Assembly (NCBI RefSeq): GCF_018977255.1
Contig: NW_024704828.1
Span: 124,001 to 188,000 of the forward strand
Direction of reading: 5' to 3'
Source: Callorhinchus milii
Taxonomy: Eukaryota
DNA: 64,000 nt
The position numbers and the translations under genes are program-made. Positions 1 to 19,973 of the stretch are shown here, one piece after another. The stretch's first letter is position 1; each line of letters begins with the position of its first letter. Below the pieces are notes generated by a model. The model saw only the letters and a program-made list of their open reading frames with translations. It searched no databases and was not told where the DNA came from.

Positions 1-1135
1 ATCGTTGGGCAAGTTTCCTTACTCCACACACACGTCTCTGCTTACCTAGCAGTAAGTTGGAACCCGCTTGTTAGTCGCTTTACCAGGAGGGAAATAATGC
101 CTTAAAAAAAATAATTTGGTCACTCAGTTCCCAACTGTTTGTGGGGACTATGTTAATCCTTAATAATCCTTACATTTCACATCTGGGAGGACATTATGTG
201 GGCAAACATGGCATCTAAGTGCAGAGCAATGTCCCAATTATAAATTGAATATACTCTCCAGAGGCGGCAGAACAAGACAATTCAGGTTTCGGGTTACAAA
301 GGGCAATTAGAGCAGAGCCAGGAAGTATATCTTTATCCACGTGAATATATAGTGAGTGGAACAGGTACCATGGAGAGTAATTGAGGACACTGGATGCATT
401 TAAAGAAGCAGCTCTATGTCGCAATAAGACTACAGTGTTGTAAAGATTTATTCACCTTCAATCTTCGTCCTTCCTGGTGATAGGACGACTGGTACAAGAT
501 TGTTTGATGGGATTGTGTGAAAAAGTGAGCACATGTATGAAAATGTGTGAGGTACCACCTGATATCTGAGACGCTACCCTGTGTGATGGGCTGTCCAGGT
601 GTGATGATCCACGATGATTTATTTCTCCTTCCTTGCAGGATGGATTGAACGTGAGACTTATTACTGAGAAGTTTTACCGTCGCAGCGATGTACAGGACAG
701 AACACTGGTGTGCCATCAGCTCCATGATTGTCGCTTGTTAAATGACACCATTATTTTTAAAGACTTAACAACTGATTTCAGAATATTTTCATCAATGGTT
801 CACTGCAGTTCGATTAATATCAATTAAAAATCCAGCAATGCAATGTCTGACAAGACTCCATTACTCTAAAAACCCATCAGGATGCTTAAGGAGTTTGAGC
901 CAGACAGAGAGTTCAACATATGGATGAAATTTCCCTGCGTCTGGGAATGGATTATTTCCTGGAGCTTGCCAAGAGTTTCCAACACCCAGAATGTTATCCT
1001 GTCCAGTAAATTTCTACAGTTTAATCCTGGTCAAACACATCCATTGACCACCATTGTGATTTCCTGAAAAAACAGCTACAGCAAACTCAATACTTTCAGA
1101 ATTAATTGTATTTAATTCCACCCAAAGCCGACATT

Positions 1136-3958
1136 TTAGTTACTGTAGCACAGAGAGGGATGAATAGGTCCAAACTTCTGATTAAAGTCATCCTGAGCGA
1201 GAAGCAGAGCCTCCTCGTCTATGTAAACTGCCGGCCGTTTGGAGATCACAAAATATTGGGTTTTCCTCAGGCTCCACCCAAAGATGTACATCAGGAACCC
1301 GCAAACTGTGGCTGTGGATCTCCCCACTCCAGCATTGCAGTGAACATACACACTGTGCCCATTCGCCAGCAGCCCGTGCAGTAAGTACACAGCCTGCGGT
1401 AACATCTGCACTCGGCCTGAGGGAAGGCAAGACACACAAACCTCCATCATCTTCAACACTTACACAAACGCAGGTTTAAAAAAGGTAAAGACTCGGACAG
1501 GTTATTTATTTCAGGAACATAACAGAGTTCCGAGGGTTCTGGTGACTTCTGTTTTATTTTTAGAAGATCAGGAGTATTTGGGCTCAGGATCTTGGTGTCT
1601 TCATTGATTTGCGATGGGACTCCAGCAAACCGTTTATCCACAATAAGGAGATCTAAATTGCCACCCTCTCCCTGCTCACAGCACTCCTCCCTCATCCATC
1701 TCAGTGAGAACACATTCTCCCTGTTCAAGGCTTACTTCACCCACCACCACCACCACCACCACTGGCAGGTGGGTCGGTAACCAGGGGACATAGATTCAAG
1801 ATGATTGCCAAAAGAACCAAGGGAAAGACGTGGAGAATTTCTTTACACAGAGAGGTGTTGTGGTCTGGAATGCATTGCCTGAAAGGCTGGTGGAAACAGA
1901 TCAACAACAACTTTCAAAAGGGAATTGGATAGATACTGTTTGCAAGGATATGGGGAAGGAGTGGGACTGATTGGGTAGCTCTTCCAAAGAGCCAACACAA
2001 GCATGATGGGCCGAATGGCCTCCGATGCTATTATAGTCTATGATTCTATGATAAGAGTCAAAGGAGCTGGATCACCTTGTGTGCTCATGTCTGGGGTGGG
2101 AATCCACACATAGGCCAAACCAGCCTCTTTGTAGAGTTCCTGCAGGAATTCAGGTTTCATGGGTTCAGGTTTCTGGTTACAACCCCATGAATTGTGGATA
2201 ATATCCCAATCCGTCTGGAAATTCATCACCGCAGTGACTCCCAGCTCCTGCTTCAGCTTCACCGTCACATGTTCTAGCTGTCGCGGGCAGCTTCCCAGCC
2301 ACAGGCTCGACAGGATCCTGTAGTGAATAGACAATATAATAATAATAATAATCCTGGCATTTGATACCGCGCCTCATCACGTCTTTGAGACGTCTCAAAG
2401 CGCTTCACAGGATACACTGTAAAGTGAATTAACTGTATTTTGTGGACAAAATAATGTCACACTTACCTGTAGTAGTGAATAGACATTGTCACACTTACCT
2501 TCAGCAGTGAATGGACATTGTCACACTTACTTTCAGCAGTGAATGGACATTGTCACACTTACCTGTAGTAGTGAATGGACATTGTCACACTTACCTGGAG
2601 TAGTGAATGGATTGGTTGTCTGCAATGTGAAAGTAGAAGTCAGTGGTGTGTTTCATCTCGTTGGTGAAACCACTCTCCTCTATATAGTGCCCGACGGGGT
2701 GACAGTAAACCCCATCCACCACGTTACTGTCGGTAAATTCACAGCAGCGGTCATGCAAAGGACCATTTCCTAACAATGACAACAAAACTCTTATTTGGGA
2801 CTTTCCCCTCTCCTACAGCCCTCTGTTCCCCTCTCCTACACCCCTCTGTCCCCCCTCCTACACCCCTCTGTCCCCCCTCCTACACCCCTCTGTCCCCCCT
2901 CCTACACCCCTCTGTCCCCCCTCCTACACCCCTCTGTTCCCCTCCTACACCCCTCTGTTCCCCTCCTACACCCCTCTGTTCCCCTCCTACACCCCTCTGT
3001 TCCTTTAGGGCCACACATATCCATTGCTACTGTTACATTCACTGATCGCTGATCGAGTTGGGGCTGTGTCCAAGTCGGTGTTGATCCATCTCTCTCCGTG
3101 GAGCAAACTCTTGGTTCTCTTATTCCTCATTTCTTGGGCCTCGTGACACTCACAACCGGTGCGGTTACTGCTGTCAGTCACTCGCTGATCAGATTACAGA
3201 GCGTGGAGCTAAAATTAACCGGGACTGTGTGCCAACATGTCAGCGGGAAACCCGATGAGCAAAAAACAACTAAGCTTTCCCTTAGTAAATAATGATTTGT
3301 TACTTGCTACCAGTTCACCAACCCCCCACCACCCTCTACCCTCTACCCTCTACCCCTACCCATCCCCTCTACCCACCCGCACCACCCTCTACCACCCCCA
3401 CCACCCTCTGCCCACCCCCTCCACCTCTACCCACCCCCACCACCCTCTGCCCACCCCCTCCACCCTCTACCCACCCCCACCACCCTCTGCCCACCCCCTC
3501 TACCCACCCCCACCACCCTCTACCCCTACCCACCCCCTCTACCCCCTACCCACCCCTCCACCCCCTCTACCCCTACCCACCCCTCCACCCCCTACCCACC
3601 CTCCACCCCCTCTACCCACCCCCTACCCACCCCCGGTGCCATGTACCTTCCCAGATGATCTGCCCATTGATGTTCTTGGCAAATTTGAACCAGAATCTCT
3701 CGCTGACGTTGTGCTGCAGTGAGATGTCGGCGACCCACAGCTGGGCTGACCCTGGGGCTGACCCTGGGGCTGACCCTGGGGCTGGGGCTGACCCTGGGGC
3801 TGGGGCTGACCCTGGGGCTGACCCTGGGGGCTGTGAGCCGGGCTCATGGGCACCGCCTTCCCGGGATCCCAGTGACCGAGCTCCGGGCGGGAGCCCGACA
3901 CACACAGCGTCTCAGCCCCACCGCCCAGAGACACCACCACCGCGAACCTGAACAGCAT
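1136..3958 (-). CDS. EPM2A: Laforin-like glucan phosphatase (CBM20 + dual-specificity phosphatase), 4 coding exons, one apparent 1-nt frameshift in exon 1
   Basis: Exons 3958-3647, 2769-2595, 2317-2076 and 1416-1136, all GT-AG with compatible phases. Peptides [92 protein letters not shown] and the catalytic HCNAGVGRS match laforin. Exon 1 changes frame near 3743-3745. Could be a paralog rather than the strict ortholog. Confidence 0.9.
1780..2052 (+). mobile_element. CR1-type LINE 3' fragment
   Basis: Degenerate CR1 ORF2 C-terminus (FFTQR..VWNALPE..VE) followed by gggccgaatggcct and an (attctatg)-like tail. Confidence 0.75.
2453..2610. repeat. 32-bp tandem repeat (5 copies) containing the laforin exon 2 end and splice donor
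   Basis: Unit cattgtcacacttacctgtagtagtgaatgga; cttac recurs at 2462, 2494, 2526, 2558 and 2590. Confidence 0.95.
2807..3003. repeat. ~22-bp pyrimidine-rich minisatellite in laforin intron 1
   Basis: About 8 copies of cccctcctacacccctctgt(t/c)c. Confidence 0.9.
3320..3632. repeat. C-rich low-complexity array (G-rich on the laforin sense strand)
   Basis: Degenerate accccc/accctctaccc units immediately downstream of the laforin exon 1 donor. Confidence 0.85.
3741..3832 (-). repeat. Coding 12/18-bp tandem repeat in laforin exon 1 encoding (QGQP/QP)n
   Basis: Plus-strand units ctggggctgacc with optional extra ctgggg. Confidence 0.95.
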
Positions 3959-4720
3959 AGCCACAGGGGGACAGCGGGGGGCGGGGCGTGGTGACAGAGG
4001 GGGCGGGCGTGGTGACAGCGGGGGGCGGGGCGTGGTGACAGCGGGGGGCGGGGCGTGGTGACAGCGGGGGCGGGGGGCGGTGACAGCGGGGGCGGGGCGT
4101 GGTGACAGAGGGGGGGGCGTGGTGACAGCGGGGGCGGGGCGTGGTGACAGCGGGGGCGGGGCGTGGTGACAGCGGGGGGCGGGGCGTGGTGACAGCGGGG
4201 GGCGGGGCGTGGTGACAGCGGGGGCGGGGGGCGGTGACAGCGGGGGCGGGGCGTGGTGACAGCGGGGGGCGGGGCGGGGGGACAGCGGGGGGCGGGGGGA
4301 CAGCGGAGGGCGGGGCGTGGTGACAGCGGGGGCGGGGCGTGGTGACAGCGGGGGGGGCGTGGTGCCAGCGGGGGGCGGGGCGTGGTGCCAGCGAGGGGGG
4401 ACAGCGGGGGGCGGGGCGTGGTGACAGCGGGGGCGGGGGCGTGGTGACAGTGGGGAGGCGGGGTCTCCCGTACCAATGACGAGACGAGACTGCCCCTTGG
4501 TCCCGCCTGCTGTGTCATGTTACGTTGTGAGAGCTCGCAGCCGATTGGTGGAGGAGGCCGCCTGCCAGCCAGGCTGTGCCGGGAGTGGCGATTGGTCAAC
4601 CGACGGGGTAGGACCCGCCTACTCACCGCCGGTTGGTGGAGGCCGACGTCTGTCAAAGCGGTGGCGGCAGGTGATTGGTGGATGGTGATGTCACTCGCTG
4701 TCACTCCCTCCCCCGGTGAC
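3959..4720. promoter_or_regulatory. Bidirectional CpG-island promoter / 5' UTR region (laforin-like and GPR108)
   Basis: Divergent ATGs ~760 bp apart; CpG-rich; GC boxes (GGGCGG, GGGCGTGG); CCAAT at ~4473 and ATTGG at ~4544, ~4591 and ~4674. Confidence 0.75.
3965..4455. repeat. GC-rich ~21-24-bp minisatellite between the laforin and GPR108 start codons
   Basis: About 20 copies of ggggcggggcgtggtgacagcgg. Confidence 0.95.
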
Positions 4721-15036
<10,316 letters not shown>

Positions 15037-16965
15037 AGCCGCCGTATTCTGTCTCTCTGCGTGTGAGTGAGTGTGTGTGAGTGTGAATGAAGTAAAAACC
15101 TTTCCCAGAACCCAGCCACTGCACCCCGAAGCTGTGGAACTCTCTCCCTCAGTCACTCCGCCTTGCGCCCCCCCCCTCTCCATTTTCAGCTCGCTCTTGA
15201 AGACCTTCCTCTTCGACTGTGCCTACAGTCATCTTCCCCCCCCCCCCACCTCCCCCTGTCTCAGGGTCGGGCTCCGCCACTGTTAAGCACTCTGAGAAGC
15301 CATCTGGCGTGAAGGACGCTATATAAATGCAAGCTCTCGTTCTCCATCGAATTTTCTAGAACTGTTAGGAGGAGAACACAAACACACACGAACAAACGTG
15401 ACTGATTTACCTGCACATGGGGAATGCAATGAAGATGTACCTTCATACCGTAGAGTCCATTGGAATACTCTCTTTCTAAACCTTCACGACCCGACTTGCT
15501 GAAGCCGTGTTCGCATCTTCTACCCAGTGACGTGTGGCACATGTGGCTCAGCTCCTTTGTTAAGCTCCACTTTTCCCACACATTGAAATCTTGGCCCTGT
15601 TTTTTTTTAAAACCTTTGGCTTTTCTGGAGAGAGAGAGAGGGGGTGGGGGGGTGACGACGATGAGAAATGGAATGGTGTTCAGTTGAGGTACTCTTCCCC
15701 TCTTCCCCCCCCCCCCCCCACCCACTCACTTTAGTTCCTTGCTCAGTACTATTTAAGGAGGCCCTGTTATTGCCTCCTTCACACCCATAATGCGGTTTCA
15801 CTGGCCCGACTTCAGGAGAGCGGCAGGACCCGGCCCTGTGCCGAGCCTGGGTTACACTGTGGGGTGGAGCGCCATTTGGACTGCGTGAGAGTGCGTGTGT
15901 GTGTGTTCTCTCTCCCTTTAGGCTGACGTGAATACTTGCAACCCGACTGGCACTTCAAGGGGGACCAACGATGTATAAATCGGCGATTGTGTGTGTGTGT
16001 ATATATATATAATATATTTATATATTGTCACCCCCCCCCCCTCACCCTTCCCACTCCCCCAAACACCCTCCCATTGTGGCAGTTCTACTTAATGCGGCTA
16101 CACGCCTGAATCCTGCAGGACAGAGCTCGGTTTCTCAGCCCTAATACTCCTCGCTTGGAGGCTGCGGAAGGAGGTTTCAGCTGACTTGCTCCCAATAAAA
16201 CTCCCGTACCTTATTCGCCAGCCCTTAGGGAATCTTGGGACATCTTCCACATAGGGTCCGTCCGCCCACACTCTTTTCCCGCTTTCCCAGCCCAACGGAT
16301 CCAATGCGACCAACAACAAATTACATTTGTGTAGCGCCTTTCACGCCTGGAGGACGTACCAAAGTGTTGCATTGCCAGTAACCCCCACGAACCATTCTTT
16401 CAGCTTTCACCCCCCTCCCCCCTGCCCCCCCCCCTCCCCCCTGCCCCCCCCCCCCCCCAAATTGCCAGGAGCACTTTTTATGTTTTCTTTTGACGTCGAC
16501 TCTTTCGAGCCGCGCGACGTTTCTCTGAACGGAACGTCTCGATGGGGGAAGGGGGTGGGGGGGGATAATTTGCGGGTCGTGGGCAGTAAGTCAGTGGACC
16601 TGTTCCCCCCCCCCCACCCGCCCCCGTGTCCACGTGACCAGGCCAGTAGAGGAGTGAGGTGCATTTTTCCGAGATGCTCCTTCTCTGGACTTTGGACAGA
16701 TCTGGAAAAGCTCCCGTCTGGACCAATGTTATCTGAACTTCCTTTAATAAAGTGTGCAAAGGACGAGCAGCCCCCGCACCCCCCCCCCCCCCCACCCCAT
16801 CACCCCCTGACCCCACCCCATCACCCCCTGACCCCACCCCCCTCACCCCACCCCTCACCCCCCACCCCCCGTCCCTCTCTCTCGCTCTTCTCCCCTTGTC
16901 CTGGTTTGGGTGCCGCCCCCCGACTGGTCACTGGATTCAAACTTCCAAATCTTTGCCATTTGAGC

Positions 16966-17961
16966 NNNNNNNNNNNNNNNNNNNNNNNNNNNNNNNNNNN
17001 NNNNNNNNNNNNNNNNNNNNNNNNNNNNNNNNNNNNNNNNNNNNNNNNNNNNNNNNNNNNNNNNNNNNNNNNNNNNNNNNNNNNNNNNNNNNNNNNNNNN
17101 NNNNNNNNNNNNNNNNNNNNNNNNNNNNNNNNNNNNNNNNNNNNNNNNNNNNNNNNNNNNNNNNNNNNNNNNNNNNNNNNNNNNNNNNNNNNNNNNNNNN
17201 NNNNNNNNNNNNNNNNNNNNNNNNNNNNNNNNNNNNNNNNNNNNNNNNNNNNNNTTTGAGTTTGTAAAAATGATCAGTAAAATGCAAACCTTTGCTGATC
17301 TGAGACGGCTGTTTTCTTACCCGCGACACCCACAGGANNNNNNNNNNNNNNNNNNNNNNNNNNNNNNNNNNNNNNNNNNNNNNNNNNNNNNNNNNNNNNN
17401 NNNNNNNNNNNNNNNNNNNNNNNNNNNNNNNNNNNNNNNNNNNNNNNNNNNNNNNNNNNNNNNNNNNNNNNNNNNNNNNNNNNNNNNNNNNNNNNNNNNN
17501 NNNNNNNNNNNNNNNNNNNNNNNNNNNNNNNNNNNNNNNNNNNNNNNNNNNNNNNNNNNNNNNNNNNNNNNNNNNNNNNCACACAGTCACACACACCCCC
17601 ACACACACCCCCACACACAGTCACACACACCCCCACACACAGTCACACACACAGTCACACACACACACACACACACAGTCACACACCCCCACACACACAC
17701 CCCACACACAGTCACACACACCCCCACACAGTCACACACACCCCCACACACACACCCCCACACACAGTCACACACACCCCCCACACACACCCCCACANNN
17801 NNNNNNNNNNNNNNNNNNNNNNNNNNNNNNNNNNNNNNNNNNNNNNNNNNNNNNNNNNNNNNNNNNNNNNNNNNNNNNNNNNNNNNNNNNNNNNNNNNNN
17901 NNNNNNNNNNNNNNNNNNNNNNNNNNNNNNNNNNNNNNNNNNNNNNNNNNNNNNNNNNNNN
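16966..17961. other. Assembly gaps at 16966-17254, 17338-17579 and 17798-17961 (further gaps at 19628-19755 and 35258-35385)
   Basis: Runs of N. Confidence 1.
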
Positions 17962-18068
17962 ACACAGACACCCCCCACACAGTCACACACACCCCCACAC
18001 ACAGTCACACACACCCCCACCCCCACACACAGACACCCCCCACACAGTCACAGTCACACACACCCACA
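17580..18068. repeat. CA-rich satellite (cacacagtcacacacaccccc)n interrupted by a gap
   Basis: Directly visible tandem units. Confidence 0.9.
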
Positions 18069-18885
18069 CGCGCCGAAGGAACGCTCCGGGAGTGCGGGGA
18101 CTGTGGCGGCGCCGAGAGCTCTACAGCGGTCAGAGCCGCGGGAACCGGAGGGGGAGAGGGGTCCGGGGGGTGAGGGGGGTCCGGGCCCCGGCGCGGAGGG
18201 GGTGAGGGGGGTCCGGGCCCCGGGGGGAGGGGGTGAGGGGGGGTCCGGGCCCCGGGGGGAGGGGGTGAGGGGGGGTCTGCAGTTGGGGGTATAACCGTCA
18301 TTATCGGTTCATTTTATTTATTACATTTGATTATTTTGTTATTTTTCACGTTTTTAATGAATTTTATTTCATTTAATTTTATGTCATTTTTACTGTGTAC
18401 TTTATGTCCTTTTATTTTATTTTATATGTTATGTTCTCTGCAGTTTAACTTTAATTATATCATTAATTTTATGCAATTTTATTATGTTTTATTTTATTAT
18501 TTATTATGTTGTAATTCAATTTTAATTTACGTTAATTTGTTCGATTTTGTTATATTTTATTTGATGTAATTTTATTTCTTTATTTGATTTTATTTACTTT
18601 GACTTCTGACTTTTCGCTTAAAGTTTCCTTTTAATTTAATGTCTTCCGATTTGTTTTTTTTCTAAAAAATTATTTTAATGCATTATTGCATCGTGTGAAT
18701 GAATTAATCTAAACCGATTAATGATTATAATGATATAATATATAATTAATATAATATATATAATATAATAATAATAAACATGAGCGTCTGCATGGGGAGG
18801 GGAGGGGAGTGGGGGGAATTACTGCCGGAGTGTAATCAGCTAAAACCACACAGATTGCTCATCTGAAAACACTACTAATAATATA

Positions 18886-19210
18886 ATAATAATAATAATA
18901 ATAATCCTCGCATTTGATATAGCGCTTTTCACGTCGGGAGGACGTTCCAAAGCGCTTCACAGAACACACTGTAAAGTGATTGACTGTATATTTGTGGGCG
19001 AACGCGGCAGCCAATTGCGCACAGCAATGTCCCACAAACAGTCGTGGATTGTAAATGACCAATGTATTATAGTTTTGGTTTGGGAGGGATTATTATTAGG
19101 CTCTGTGTGGAGTAAGGAAACTTGCCCAAGGTTTCGCCCTCTGCCGGGGATTGAACTCAGGTCTCTCACTTGCAAAGCGAGTGCTCTAACCACTGAGCCT
19201 CAGGACTCCA
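18886..19210 (-). mobile_element. Full-length young tRNA-derived SINE
   Basis: Its reverse complement is nearly identical to 38746-39074 and 53323-53642. Confidence 0.9.
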
Positions 19211-19973
19211 CTAAGGAGAGGGAATAGCGCTGTGCGTTCACCTACAAAATACACAGACTCCGTGAGAGCTCGAGGGGGTTTGGGGGGAGAGGGGAAAGAT
19301 GACCGAAAGAGCGGTCACAGAGAGGTAGGTCCTGTGATGAGGGTCGGGAGGATTGCCAAGTACTGGGAACGCCGGAGAGGTCAAGTTACAGACAGGACCA
19401 TATTTATTAGGATAGCACAGCAAACATAACGACCCAATCTGACCACGAAGGGGGAACCGGGAGAAGAACAGTTTGGCCTCATTGAGCTCTTCCCCATTCA
19501 TGACCTGTTTCAGGTAGAGGTTAAGGATTCCCCCCCTACCCACCGCCCCCCCCCACAGCGATGCGACGCGACAAGAGAAGGGAGTTTCTCTCTCCCGACC
19601 AAAAGCACAGTCAAAGAGGTAAGTCTTNNNNNNNNNNNNNNNNNNNNNNNNNNNNNNNNNNNNNNNNNNNNNNNNNNNNNNNNNNNNNNNNNNNNNNNNN
19701 NNNNNNNNNNNNNNNNNNNNNNNNNNNNNNNNNNNNNNNNNNNNNNNNNNNNNNNATGGAGTTCCAGAGAGCAGAGTGGGGGGGCCTAAAGGTTCGTCAT
19801 GATGATGTTGCGGATGCTGTTGATAATAATATTGCTCGCATTTGATGTAGCGTCTTATCTTGTCTCAAAAGTGCCACACACAGAATATACTGTGGAGTGT
19901 AGTGACTGTATATTGTGTGGGGGAAACCACTCTGTTGCCGTTGTGGTTGATTTTGGCTGTTGAACCTTATCGG

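Noticed and set aside
2453-2610. CRISPR-like array (also considered at 53189-53320)
   Set aside because: Head-to-tail units without unique spacers, vertebrate context, no cas genes.
4682-4720. N-terminal extension of GPR108 from upstream in-frame ATGs
   Set aside because: Cannot be supported without TSS data; ATG 4721/4724 has good context and precedes the signal peptide.
16098-16319. 73-aa minus-strand ORF with ordinary composition
   Set aside because: No recognisable homology or splice context; probably within the GPR108 3' region (AATAAA at ~16194 and ~16746).
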